From positions 41,023 to 105,022 of IMG/VR virus record IMGVR_UViG_3300020392_000008: DNA of 64,000 bases, one strand, 5' to 3'. The translations under genes were made by a program, and so were the position numbers. This document shows, in pieces, positions 10,554 to 21,318 of the stretch (position 1 is its first letter; every line of letters begins with the position of its first letter). The notes beneath the pieces are model-generated. The model was not told the DNA's origin, searched no databases, and saw only the letters and a list, made by a program, of their open reading frames with translations. The DNA comes from a virus.

Positions 10554-13500
10554 GATGGTACAGAATAATTTTGCGCAAAGTTAGCATACATGTCTACTCC
10601 ATCATAATAGAATACAACAGTATCTATTGCATTTGCCCCGGCGGATAGAGATATGGCTGTTCCTCCTGGCCATTTTACATTACCTCCAGTGAGTGTCCAT
10701 GTATCTATTTCTACTGGGCTAGAACTCTTTTGCTTTATTTTTAAAAAGTATGTTCCTCCCTGTTTAGCATTATCAAAAGTTACTGCTACGGGACCTGTTG
10801 CATTTGCTAAATCTAAAGATTGACCATTACCGGTATCACAATCAAATACAGTGGCGTTATTTGCTACGGTCATGCTACCTTGAGCAGCAGTTATTTGTCC
10901 ATTCGATGCTTCTAAATTACCGTTTGGTATTTGTACATTATCATCTGTATCTATCTTTAACGTTGTAGTTGAAGGGGATGGACTAGTAGTTATATCATCT
11001 CGTGTAATTTTTAAACAATCGTCACCGCCATCTGAATATAGCTGCCAACGTCTACCGTTAGCTTCATTAAATTGAAGAACTGCGTAGCTAGATGTATTGG
11101 AATCTATTACAAATCTAGAATAGCCTCCGTTGCTTTCTAGTTTAGTAGTGATATTATTTGCGCTAAATACATGAAGAGGATATCCTGGAGTATCTGTTCC
11201 AATACCAAAATATTTGTTTGAATTATCCCATGTAAAATCAGTGTCTCCCTGTAACTCTCCCATTGTTCCGACAAAAAGCACTTTTTTGGCATCTGCACTA
11301 CTTGATGAACTGCTTAACGTTTGACCAATATATGGTGCTCCATTTTCCCAACTTGCATTACCATTAGCATCACTTGTAAGTACGTAGCCATCTTCCTCAG
11401 TTCCATCTACTAGTTTTAATGCATAGTTATTTGTTCCACCTGTTACGGATATATCTATTCCTATATTAGTTGTAGCATCCGTATCTATATTAATACTTTG
11501 GCCCCTTGATGTAGTAAGAGTCGCTCCATTTGTACTTTCTATTTCTATTTCATTACCTAGTATAGAAGTTGCTTGTGCACCGGGATCTATATAAATCTTG
11601 CTACCTATGTTAATTGTTGCGTTTCCGCCAACGCTTATAAGACTACCCATTATACTATTTACGTAAGTATCTGACATAGTAGTAGAAACTCCATATACAT
11701 TAGTTTGCCCAGTGTTATGTGCACCGCCGGAAGAATTCTTTATTAAATATTTTGATTGCAGAGAATTAACAGCATTATTGCTATTCATTATACCTACTGC
11801 AGAACTTTTATTATTAGTTAAATCACTAGTTATACTATTTACTATACCCACGTTAGCGTTATTCACAGTGGTAGGTCCTGAATATCCAACGGTATTTCTT
11901 ATTCCATAAGTACCTTCATTAGTTGCACCTTGGCTAAGGTCTGTATGTAAATCTAAAGCTACACTGTAATCGTTTTCTGGACTAAATCCACCCGCTACTT
12001 TTCTTATATCTACGCCTATTTCTTCACTATCACTACTAATTAAAAATAGTTTATTTGAAGATACATTAGCGCCTATTGCTACTCTTATTCCATCATCTTT
12101 TATGGTTCCAGTAGCTAAATTATTATTAACGTCTTCCCTAAGAGTAGTGTTTGCTGTTCCTCCTGTAATACTATCCCCTATTGTAAGGCTTCCTCCTGTT
12201 GGTATGGCCTGAGCTGATAGAATACCGGTAGCACTTGCTACTACCATTCTAGTACCTGTTCCAGAGAGACTTGACATTTCTATAATGCTGTCTTCGTCTA
12301 TTACAAATCCCGTATCGGTGTTACCTGAAGAATCAGTCGTCAGCATTTGTATTTTATTTCCTGCTTCTTTATTTGCTATTATAAGATTATCATTAGCTGT
12401 ACTTCCATATCCTACATAGCCTTTTTCACCAGATCCATCATAAAATTCTAAATAGTTTTTACCAATGGCCTCGGTAGTTTCTAATTTAAGTATTGAACTA
12501 GAACCCTTAACATGAAGTTCTCTATCTGGAGCATTTGTACCTATACCTACGTTTCCTTCGGCATTTATTCTCATTCTTTCGCCTACTAAATCCTGAGGGT
12601 TAGCTCCTTCTAAGGATGGAGTTAATCCAGTTGCAGTTGCAAATATTATTGAACTATCAGCATTTGATGCCTGTATTCCACCTATATAACTCTTAACACC
12701 GCCTCCACCGCCACCGGTGGCGGTGTTTTCATTACTAAAGAACTCAATTTTACCTATAAATTGTTCCTGAAATGATGTAATGACAGTATCATTGTCTCTA
12801 AATCTTAATGTATTATCTAATGCATACGTATTTCCTGCTGAGTATAACTCTAATTTTGTAGCCGGGTTATAAGTTCCTATACCTACTAGGCTTGAACCCA
12901 TTACCATTTTAGCACGCTCTAGGTCTTGATTAGTTAGTTCTATTTCTAAATCCTGTGTTCCTCCAAAAGTAGATGCTGCAAGCGTTATAATATCTCCAGC
13001 TCTAAATCCGCTTCCCTGAGCTGTTTTGGCGTTGTTGCCGCCTGCAGATTGGTATCCACTGCTAACTAGTATTGAGGTTGCAATTCCTCCTGATATAACT
13101 ACTGTTAATCTTAAACCTGTTGCGTCTACATTATTTACTGTAACCCCAGGCGTAACTCCAACTACTAGATTATCTATATTTGTACTATCTGTTGCTCCAT
13201 TAAAGTTTGTTGTAACTGATCCTATTAAATCTTTTCCAAATTCAATAGAACCAAGCGCTCTAACAGTCATTATAATATCTCCAGCATTTGAATTAATATT
13301 TATAGATTCGCCGGCTTCTGGTCCAAGTGAATCTATTCCACCGGTATTGCTATCATCTAAACCATTATATGTATAAATTCCAATTCGTCCTCCTTTTGAC
13401 TGAATACTTAAATCTCCGCCCGCAGTGGTTGTCCCGGCGTTACCTGTTCTAATGTCAACTTTTCTTTTAGATTGTAATATTATATCTGAACCTGCCGCCC

Positions 13501-15361
13501 CGTAATTATAGGTATCAATAATATAAGTCCCTGTTAAATACCAAGATAAGGCACCTGACCATATTTGATTTCCATTCATGTTTATTCTACCTCCTGAGTT
13601 TAAACTTATGTCTTTACCGCTTGGAGAGGTAAGAGTAATGTTTCCATCACCTGTATTTAAATTTATTCCATTACTTGTTCCACTAGTTTCTATTTTAAAT
13701 GACCTAGTAGTTGATATACTACTGTCACTATATTCTGTATTCCAAGTAGCGCTGTTATTAGTTAAATTAATAACATCAGTAGAAGTATTATTTATGCCTA
13801 GTACTCCGTCTAAGCCTAGAGACTGTCCGCCCGTAGGTGTGCTTATCCACTTTAATTCACCTGAAGCATTTGCCTCTAATATTCTACCGCCTGAAGCGTG
13901 TGCAGTAGTAATAGCTATTGAGTTAGGTAGCTGTATAGTGTAGCTAGCTGGAGAACCTCCTGTATGTTCAGGGCCTTTTATACCTACATGATGAGCCGCG
14001 TTAGATGCTTCGCAGTATAATTTAAGTAATCCATGATTACTACCGTCTCCTCTTAAACCTAATTCATATATAATATCTACTTTAGTGGCTTTATCTGTAG
14101 TAAAAAAGCTACCTGCTCCAAATGCTCCAGTATCATTGTATTGTATTTCAGTATCATTACCAAAAGGAGTTCCTCCCCCTGTTCCAGTGGGCGTGTTTAT
14201 CCAAGAGAGCTGGCCTGTAGCATCGGATTCTAATATTTGATTAGCATTAGCGGGGCCAGTTGGTGGTAGTGTTATATTATAACTTACAGCATTGGTTGTA
14301 AGAGGACCATTTAATTGCACGAATTTTTGAGAATTAGTACAAAATAACCTTAGAGCACCCGCTGGACCATTTGTTGCGTTTTCACCATATATTTCTAACA
14401 TTCCAGGGTATCCGACACTTCCTCCACCACCTGCTCCTATTCTTACTTTTTCCCAGGCGGTTGCTGATCCAATAGTGCCTGATCCTGGAATATAAACAAA
14501 TTCATCAGATCCAGCGAACGTATTATTATCATTATATTGTATTTGAGTAGGCCCGCCTCCAGGAGAAGGTATTCCGCCTGTTATATCAGATGCAGTTATA
14601 TTAGCCCAATTAGCTTTACCGCTCCCTGTATCTTTTAAAAATTTTCCACCTAACGTAGTTTGTGTTCCATCAGATAAGCGAACTGAGTAGCTCGTTCCTC
14701 CACCGCTACCTGGAGAAGCGGAAAACACTCCTCCTATGTTTTCCACTGTACCGTTATTTGCAGCGGCTTGAACACCTATATTAGTACTCGCGGCACCTTG
14801 AGATGAAAATAATCCTGCTTTTGCTAAAGTTCCGGTATGTGTATTTATGATTCTTAAACCGTTGACTAAATTATCTTCTATATTTAAAGAAGACTGTGGG
14901 TTTAAAGCACCTATTCCAATTACGCTGCCATTGTCTAATAATGTACCTGTTGCTAAATTATTGTTAAGATCTTCCCTAAGAGTGGTGTTTGATACCCCAC
15001 CGGTGATTGGGTCTCCAATATTAATTCCAACCCCAATTGTTCCATTTGATGCTGATGTAATTCTACCCTGAGCGTCTACTGTAATATTTGCATTCGTATA
15101 AGAACCTGCTTGAACAGCAGTGTTTGCTAGATCTATTGTACCTGACCCAGTTATGGTTCCTCCATTTAATCCAGTTCCAGCTGTTATTGAAGTAACTGTA
15201 CCGGAACCTTGTGAAGTTTGCCATGATATGTTTCCAAGCCCATCTGTTACTAAAGATTGACCCGCAATTCCATCAGTAATTGGCATAGTAAAGGCTCCAT
15301 TACCAATTGTTAATTCATCTACTGATAAGTTTATGTATTTTCTAGTAGTCTTTGGTGGCAT
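10550..15361 (-). CDS. Long tail fibre-like protein with modular repeats
   Basis: 1603 aa, Gly/Thr/Asn-rich; GTVTSITAGTGLNGG, ITVDAQGRIT, repeated VGIGT and QIQYND motifs. Confidence 0.85.
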   Translation of the reverse strand: MPPKTTRKYINLSVDELTIGNGAFTMPITDGIAGQSLVTDGLGNISWQTSQGSGTVTSITAGTGLNGGTITGSGTIDLANTAVQAGSYTNANITVDAQGRITSASNGTIGVGINIGDPITGGVSNTTLREDLNNNLATGTLLDNGSVIGIGALNPQSSLNIEDNLVNGLRIINTHTGTLAKAGLFSSQGAASTNIGVQAAANNGTVENIGGVFSASPGSGGGTSYSVRLSDGTQTTLGGKFLKDTGSGKANWANITASDITGGIPSPGGGPTQIQYNDNNTFAGSDEFVYIPGSGTIGSATAWEKVRIGAGGGGSVGYPGMLEIYGENATNGPAGALRLFCTNSQKFVQLNGPLTTNAVSYNITLPPTGPANANQILESDATGQLSWINTPTGTGGGTPFGNDTEIQYNDTGAFGAGSFFTTDKATKVDIIYELGLRGDGSNHGLLKLYCEASNAAHHVGIKGPEHTGGSPASYTIQLPNSIAITTAHASGGRILEANASGELKWISTPTGGQSLGLDGVLGINNTSTDVINLTNNSATWNTEYSDSSISTTRSFKIETSGTSNGINLNTGDGNITLTSPSGKDISLNSGGRINMNGNQIWSGALSWYLTGTYIIDTYNYGAAGSDIILQSKRKVDIRTGNAGTTTAGGDLSIQSKGGRIGIYTYNGLDDSNTGGIDSLGPEAGESININSNAGDIIMTVRALGSIEFGKDLIGSVTTNFNGATDSTNIDNLVVGVTPGVTVNNVDATGLRLTVVISGGIATSILVSSGYQSAGGNNAKTAQGSGFRAGDIITLAASTFGGTQDLEIELTNQDLERAKMVMGSSLVGIGTYNPATKLELYSAGNTYALDNTLRFRDNDTVITSFQEQFIGKIEFFSNENTATGGGGGGVKSYIGGIQASNADSSIIFATATGLTPSLEGANPQDLVGERMRINAEGNVGIGTNAPDRELHVKGSSSILKLETTEAIGKNYLEFYDGSGEKGYVGYGSTANDNLIIANKEAGNKIQMLTTDSSGNTDTGFVIDEDSIIEMSSLSGTGTRMVVASATGILSAQAIPTGGSLTIGDSITGGTANTTLREDVNNNLATGTIKDDGIRVAIGANVSSNKLFLISSDSEEIGVDIRKVAGGFSPENDYSVALDLHTDLSQGATNEGTYGIRNTVGYSGPTTVNNANVGIVNSITSDLTNNKSSAVGIMNSNNAVNSLQSKYLIKNSSGGAHNTGQTNVYGVSTTMSDTYVNSIMGSLISVGGNATINIGSKIYIDPGAQATSILGNEIEIESTNGATLTTSRGQSINIDTDATTNIGIDISVTGGTNNYALKLVDGTEEDGYVLTSDANGNASWENGAPYIGQTLSSSSSSADAKKVLFVGTMGELQGDTDFTWDNSNKYFGIGTDTPGYPLHVFSANNITTKLESNGGYSRFVIDSNTSSYAVLQFNEANGRRWQLYSDGGDDCLKITRDDITTSPSPSTTTLKIDTDDNVQIPNGNLEASNGQITAAQGSMTVANNATVFDCDTGNGQSLDLANATGPVAVTFDNAKQGGTYFLKIKQKSSSPVEIDTWTLTGGNVKWPGGTAISLSAGANAIDTVVFYYDGVDMYANFAQNYSVPS

Positions 15362-15408
15362 TTATTTAAGATTTATTTAGTTTATTTATCTAAATATATC
15401 TTTGTGGT

Positions 15409-16971
15409 TTATGACATAACTACAACTTTAATATTATTTTGAAATTTACTTTTAATTTCAATCTCATTAGGTCCTACTATTCTGATTCTGCCTCCGCTAG
15501 CGATTTTTGTAGGATAGGGTGGGATATCCATATCCCATAACTCTACTAGTATGTCTTCTGTATTTAATTGATGAATAATACTATCCCAAACTTGGCCTCC
15601 TGTTGAAAGATATTCTTCTACATATTTTTTACTATTTACCCATTCTTTTGTTACATATACATTATCATCTTGAGTATTTATAGCATCTGTAGAATCTCCT
15701 GCATTCCATACATTTTGTATATCTGTCCAAAACATATGATTTCCAAAAGTAGTATCGCCTTGATTTAAAGTATATGCAAGATTAGTTTTAACAAGTTCAA
15801 ATTCACCAGTAGGGCTTTGATTATAAGTACCGTTATTTATTAAGCTACCATTTACTATAATTAATCTACCATTGTTATCTACCGTAACCCCGGGTAATAT
15901 TTCCATGTCTCCCCATACAATATACATTGCATGCTCAGGTATTTCTAAATCAGAAGTAATAGTATGCCATATACAGTGTTCATCTCCGGTTCCTCCTCCA
16001 TATATTGGTATATTTAATACGCCGTTTAATAAGGTAGATGGGCCAGATGTTCCATTGGTAGTTAAACTCGTAACGCTCCCTCCGCTTCCTGTTCCACCGG
16101 CTGATAATATAACTATTCTTACACTAGACATATCTTGAGTCATAGTTACATCTATTGAGTTTAAATCATAATCATCTATATGTCCATCTATTCTATCTCC
16201 GGTAACCGTGTCTATAAAATCTACAACCACACTGTCTGTCCCTAAACCATGTGTTATGGTTTTAGTAACATTAGATACAAAGTTAGTTGTTTCAATGTAA
16301 GAAGCATTGTTTCCTCCGCCACCTCCGCCGCCACCGCAACATGTTAATCTAAATATTTCACCATTTTCATCAGTAAAATAAAGATCTTGCGTAGTAGGCG
16401 TGTGAGTTGTGGCTAGGTTAGGGTTACCTATCCATACTATTCCACTACCTGGAGCCGGTGTTGGTGCTATTCCTGGACTACCTGTAGTTTCAAGTAATGT
16501 AAGTCCATACATTACACCTCCATTTTCTGTTAAACTAACCCATCCTCTTCCATCTAAGTAGCCAATAAAGTCTTCTCCAAATTCAGGTCTTTGGTTTTGT
16601 ATACCTGTGTATATTATTTCACCGGCTACTCCTACATCTGGCCAGTTTGGAAAATCAGTGTGTCTATATCTTTTTGCTTCAGCTACTTCAACTAAAAACG
16701 AGTTACCTTCAGCTCTTCCTTGTGAATCTATGTTAAATGTAGTTACGCCATTTAGTTTAACACTTAAATTATTATCTACATTAATTTCTTTTACGTTAAT
16801 GCTATCAAGCCCCTTAATGGCATTTGTAGTCTCATCATATTCAACATTATTTAAAAATTCAAGTAATGCAATAGATAAATCATTAAAATTAAGGTTTGAA
16901 ACCTCAATAATTGACCCTAGACTTGAATTAGTTAATCTTCTTATATTTGAAAGTTTGGAATATATAGCCAT
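15409..16971 (-). CDS. Putative virion structural/fibre protein
   Basis: ITHGLGT and IIHQLNT repeats, Gly-rich linkers; late-promoter-like motif upstream. Confidence 0.65.
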   Translation of the reverse strand: MAIYSKLSNIRRLTNSSLGSIIEVSNLNFNDLSIALLEFLNNVEYDETTNAIKGLDSINVKEINVDNNLSVKLNGVTTFNIDSQGRAEGNSFLVEVAEAKRYRHTDFPNWPDVGVAGEIIYTGIQNQRPEFGEDFIGYLDGRGWVSLTENGGVMYGLTLLETTGSPGIAPTPAPGSGIVWIGNPNLATTHTPTTQDLYFTDENGEIFRLTCCGGGGGGGGNNASYIETTNFVSNVTKTITHGLGTDSVVVDFIDTVTGDRIDGHIDDYDLNSIDVTMTQDMSSVRIVILSAGGTGSGGSVTSLTTNGTSGPSTLLNGVLNIPIYGGGTGDEHCIWHTITSDLEIPEHAMYIVWGDMEILPGVTVDNNGRLIIVNGSLINNGTYNQSPTGEFELVKTNLAYTLNQGDTTFGNHMFWTDIQNVWNAGDSTDAINTQDDNVYVTKEWVNSKKYVEEYLSTGGQVWDSIIHQLNTEDILVELWDMDIPPYPTKIASGGRIRIVGPNEIEIKSKFQNNIKVVVMS

Positions 16972-17014
16972 TTATCAGTCCTACTATTTTTTTTATTTAT
17001 TCTAGAAAACATGA

Positions 17015-18343
17015 CTAATTATTACGTGATTTATTTATTAATTCAGTTTTACTATCTATCTTTGATTCTTGTGAAAAATTGCCATTAAAAACTATGCAAT
17101 TATATAAATCAGCATTTATGACTTTATCTAAGTCACTATAAATAGAAGAAGACTTTATTTCATTTAAATATCCTCCATACACACAATCGAATATTTTAGA
17201 ATACTTAATATCGTTATTTGAATGTAAATTACTGTCTTTTATGTTAGAATTTCTAATTATGCATTGCTCAAAAAGACAATCCTCTAAATCTGCTTCAATA
17301 TTACAATTGAAAAAATCCATATTTGTTAAAGAAAAACCTTTTTTAATTTTTGCATCTTTAACCTGTATTCTTTTTCTAGCTGTATCAAAATTAATGATTG
17401 CTTTATTCATTTCACAACAAGATATTAGTTCAAATAATTTATTTCTTATAGTTTTATAATTAGATTCTATTAAGAAAGAATGTTTTTTTAAATCGACTAA
17501 TATTTGAATATCTGGATATGAGTGTTTAAAAATATCATAAGACTTAGTATTGTCTATTGTAGATTGATATTTTTCTAATATTTTTTGTATTTTTCTTTTT
17601 TCGTCTAAATCAAATGAAAAGTTATTTTTTAAAGTTTCATATAAATGTTTACATGTGTAATTTATTAACTCAACCGATTCCTTTTTCTTTTTTTGATAAT
17701 TTTTACCGCCTGCGTATTTTATGGAAATATATCCATTTTCAATATTTGAAAAGTCAGTACCAAAATTAGATGATCTTGGAAAATTATACTCCATGGGATT
17801 TGCTCTTTCAAGTAGATTTCCTGTGAGCCTACTGGAATAAAGTTTTTTTGGATATATAAACATGGCTTTACTTTGATGTATCTTTTGTTTTTCAGAAGAG
17901 GATTCTGGCCACATTTCAAATATGTTTTTTTCATTAATATTTAAAATATATTTAAACTTATTTAAGGTTTCTAATTTATTCTTTAAACCTAAATCCATTT
18001 CATTAAGGGATATTTTAATATTTAGATTAGATCTACTATTTGTAAAACCATTTTCATTTATAAAGTTCATACATTTAAGCATTGTATGAATAGCTTCATG
18101 ATATGGCATTAGGTCTATATCTATTCTATTCATTCTATGTCCTCCTTCAAAGTCAGGAGATACGTATATTGCTTCATCAACAAACTTAACATTGGAGGAT
18201 TTCTCTAGAGGTATTACATTTTTGCCTAAATATTTACTTAGTTTTAGAGAAATCTTTTCTTTAGATAAAGGGGTAAAAAATTGAAATGTAAATCCGACAT
18301 TAGTATTATCAAAAAGAAATTTATTTTCTATATTATTATACAC
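17015..18343 (-). CDS. Amidoligase-like protein with C-terminal beta-helix; catalytic residues appear degenerate
   Basis: VGFTFQFF (typical GxEfE), PDFEGG, TNSRSNLNIKIS (typical H replaced), YISIKYAGGKNY; repetitive C-terminus. Confidence 0.55.
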   Translation of the reverse strand: MYNNIENKFLFDNTNVGFTFQFFTPLSKEKISLKLSKYLGKNVIPLEKSSNVKFVDEAIYVSPDFEGGHRMNRIDIDLMPYHEAIHTMLKCMNFINENGFTNSRSNLNIKISLNEMDLGLKNKLETLNKFKYILNINEKNIFEMWPESSSEKQKIHQSKAMFIYPKKLYSSRLTGNLLERANPMEYNFPRSSNFGTDFSNIENGYISIKYAGGKNYQKKKKESVELINYTCKHLYETLKNNFSFDLDEKRKIQKILEKYQSTIDNTKSYDIFKHSYPDIQILVDLKKHSFLIESNYKTIRNKLFELISCCEMNKAIINFDTARKRIQVKDAKIKKGFSLTNMDFFNCNIEADLEDCLFEQCIIRNSNIKDSNLHSNNDIKYSKIFDCVYGGYLNEIKSSSIYSDLDKVINADLYNCIVFNGNFSQESKIDSKTELINKSRNN

Positions 18344-18388
18344 GAGTAATGTTTTTTATTATTTATCCCATTATCGTGAATTTTTTTA

Positions 18389-18613
18389 CTAATTAACTAT
18401 TTGTATAGATACTTCATCTTTATGAACCCATACTTCTTTCCCTGCCATAAACGCAGTTTCATCTAGTTGATCATACAAATATGTTTTTGTAGGATATTTA
18501 GCTAGCTGATATACGCCCATTTCATATCTCCAAGCAAATTCAAATTCTTTTTTTACTATTAAGTCTGGTAAGGTGTCTAATTTATTGTTGTAATCTTTTA
18601 TTATAACTTTCAT
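18389..18613 (-). CDS. Hypothetical protein
   Basis: 74-aa ORF with TAGTATAATA upstream on the minus strand. Confidence 0.65.
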   Translation of the reverse strand: MKVIIKDYNNKLDTLPDLIVKKEFEFAWRYEMGVYQLAKYPTKTYLYDQLDETAFMAGKEVWVHKDEVSIQIVN

Positions 18614-18678
18614 ACTTTAAAACTTTTATATATTATACTAAATAAAAAATAAAGATAAATAAAAAAAAATACACCTAA

Positions 18679-20340
18679 ATGGCTAAAACGGTTTCTAATT
18701 GGAAAATATTTAAATCTTTAGACTATTCTGTACAGATATTATTAAAACAAACCATAGATTATTTGTCAGGTAAGTTTAACCAAAGTTTACAGGTTTTCAC
18801 AGCAGCCAGTCCTTTTGGTCAAATTTTACTTGTTTTAGAAAATCTTAGTCAAATGATTTTTTACTACATCGAGGATTCTATAACTGAATTAAGTATGAAA
18901 GAGGCGACTAGAGTGTCTTCAATATATTCATTATCTACTTTAGCTGGTCATAGTCCTAGTAGAGCAATATCTGCAAATGGAGAAATATCCCTTGTTACTA
19001 CGTCTAATGCAGCAACGGCTGATTTTGATACTATTATAATACCTAATTTAAGTAAAATTAAATCTAGAAACAATGGGTTAAACTATATAATAAAATTACC
19101 TCAAGACGACATTAAATTTTCTATGAAAGGAAACAACAATGGACTTTCAATGAAAATATTACAGGGAAACATTGAAACTCAAACATTAGTGGCGATTGGG
19201 CAAGAAATGGAAAGTTTTTCACTAAACTCAGCTCAAAATTATTTAGTTGATAATTATTTAGTAGACGTTTATGTAAATGGAGAAAAATGGAAAAGGTATG
19301 ATTCAATATTAGACATGCCCAGGGGAAAAAAAGGATACATAGTAAAAACAGGAATAACAACCGGCGTTGACATATTTTTTGGAAATGATTTTTTTGGAAA
19401 AGTACCTGCTAAAGGTTCAGAAATAAAAGTAGAATATTTAGTAAATAGTGGAGCATCTGGAAATATAATAACCGATCAAACTTCACAAGTATTATTTGAT
19501 TGGTCAGATACAGGTTTTACGTTAACTGGAAACGAAGTAGATTTAAACGAATTCATCAAAATCAATACTGTCCATTCCCCTCAATTTGGAGCAAATCCAG
19601 AAGATTCAGAATTAACTAGATTATTGGCGCCAAAGCAGTCAAAAAGTTTTGCTTTAGTAAATATAGATCATTATGTATCTATATTAAGAAGGTTAAAATT
19701 GTTTTCTGTAATAGATATTTTTCTTGACGAAAACGACAGTAGAATGCTAAATTTATTTTTAATACCTGACGTAACGAAGTTATTTAATTCTGGAAAAGAT
19801 TATTTTAATATAGATTCAAATAGTTTTAAATTTAGCGAATTTAGAAAAAATGAATTACTTAGATATTTGAATATGACAGGGTCTAAATTAATATCTACAG
19901 ATACCAAAATAGTAGACCCTATTATTAAAAAATATGTAATTAATATAAATACTATAGTATTCGATGACGTAGCAACTGAAATAATAAAAAAAGACATATA
20001 TAATAATTTAGGTAATTATTTTATATCTAATAAAAGAAGAAAGAGAATACCTAAAAGTGACTTAATAAAAATTTTAGAAGAAATAGCTGGAATAGATTCA
20101 GTAAGTATTAATATAGTATCTGAAGATAATGAAGTGTCAATAATTCAAGACCCAAACGCAGACCTTATTGGAATTGATGAATTTAATGACATTATCATAA
20201 AGGAATATGAGCTACCTATTATACAGGGAGGTTTTAAAGATAGATATGGAAATGAATATTCGCAAGGTATTTCCGAACAGGCATTAGGTTCTGTAAATAT
20301 ACAAATAAAAAAAATAGTGCCTAGGCCACTTGAAAACTAA
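18679..20340 (+). CDS. Baseplate wedge protein (T4 gp6/baseplate J-like)
   Basis: ASPFGQILLVLE, EATRVSSIYSLS, IFFGNDFFGKVP, VEYLVNSGASGN, GANPEDSE...LAP motifs. Confidence 0.8.
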   Translation: MAKTVSNWKIFKSLDYSVQILLKQTIDYLSGKFNQSLQVFTAASPFGQILLVLENLSQMIFYYIEDSITELSMKEATRVSSIYSLSTLAGHSPSRAISANGEISLVTTSNAATADFDTIIIPNLSKIKSRNNGLNYIIKLPQDDIKFSMKGNNNGLSMKILQGNIETQTLVAIGQEMESFSLNSAQNYLVDNYLVDVYVNGEKWKRYDSILDMPRGKKGYIVKTGITTGVDIFFGNDFFGKVPAKGSEIKVEYLVNSGASGNIITDQTSQVLFDWSDTGFTLTGNEVDLNEFIKINTVHSPQFGANPEDSELTRLLAPKQSKSFALVNIDHYVSILRRLKLFSVIDIFLDENDSRMLNLFLIPDVTKLFNSGKDYFNIDSNSFKFSEFRKNELLRYLNMTGSKLISTDTKIVDPIIKKYVININTIVFDDVATEIIKKDIYNNLGNYFISNKRRKRIPKSDLIKILEEIAGIDSVSINIVSEDNEVSIIQDPNADLIGIDEFNDIIIKEYELPIIQGGFKDRYGNEYSQGISEQALGSVNIQIKKIVPRPLEN

Positions 20341-20585
20341 TGACAAAAGATAGTATATACAGAGCAGCATATAATAGAAGAAAAAAATTGCTTAATACCG
20401 GGTACCAGTATAAAGAAAATATCCTTAAAAATACTTTATCTAAGCAAATGTATGGAGTAAATGAAACATTAGATACTTTTTTAAAAAATATAAATGATGT
20501 AGTTTATGAAAACATTGAAGCTGTAAAAAACATAAAAATTTTTGCAAATCCAGCATTAGATAAGTACGAAAGGGATATAAAATAA
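20340..20585 (+). CDS. Hypothetical protein
   Basis: Coupled to the baseplate gene by a TAATG overlap. Confidence 0.7.
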   Translation: MTKDSIYRAAYNRRKKLLNTGYQYKENILKNTLSKQMYGVNETLDTFLKNINDVVYENIEAVKNIKIFANPALDKYERDIK

Positions 20586-20602
20586 AGTATTAAAATTTAA
20601 AT

Positions 20603-21313
20603 ATGCTTAAGGATAAAGACAATAGAAAGGCTTTAAAAAATGAAATCGAAAGCCTATTAAGTGGAATAAATCATGAAGAACATAGTGACCTAAACGTAGA
20701 TTCAGAATTATTAGAAGAAACTAAAATAGAAAGCCCTTATGATTTTGATGAAATGACTAGAGAATTTAATCAAAAGGCAAAGGAAATAACAGATTCCTTA
20801 TTTGAATATTATGTAGAGCTAGGTATCTTAGAGGAAAACAATTATATAAAGTTAAAAAAAGAAATGGACACCGTTAATATGTCTAATATTTTTTTTCAAA
20901 TAAAAACACTAAAGATAACTATAACTAAAATAATGGAAGAAATTACAACCGGTAATACTGCTCCTCGTTTAATGGAAGTATTTGGTCAGCTTCAAGATAA
21001 GTTAAAAACCCTAGTTCAAACACAGGCTAATCACATGTTATTTTTAGAAGAAACCTATAAGAAAATAAACAATGATGATCCTAAAAATTCGAATAACTCT
21101 TTAAACAATTCAAATCCAGAGGGAGAATTTTTTATATCAGTTGGAACAAAAACAATGGTAGAAAGTCTACCTGAAAACTCGCCAGAGTATGAAATGAAAG
21201 ATGATTTAATCAACCCATCTAATAAATCAGATTTAATGAAAGAAAATAACATAAAAATAAAAGGAGAAGAAAATGATGATTCTGATTTTATAGATGTTAC
21301 TGAAATAATTTAA
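20603..21313 (+). CDS. Terminase small subunit (T4 gp16-like)
   Basis: PRLMEVFGQL resembles the T4 gp16 motif PRHMEVFATL; immediately upstream of the large subunit. Confidence 0.7.
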   Translation: MLKDKDNRKALKNEIESLLSGINHEEHSDLNVDSELLEETKIESPYDFDEMTREFNQKAKEITDSLFEYYVELGILEENNYIKLKKEMDTVNMSNIFFQIKTLKITITKIMEEITTGNTAPRLMEVFGQLQDKLKTLVQTQANHMLFLEETYKKINNDDPKNSNNSLNNSNPEGEFFISVGTKTMVESLPENSPEYEMKDDLINPSNKSDLMKENNIKIKGEENDDSDFIDVTEII

Positions 21314-21318
21314 AGCTT

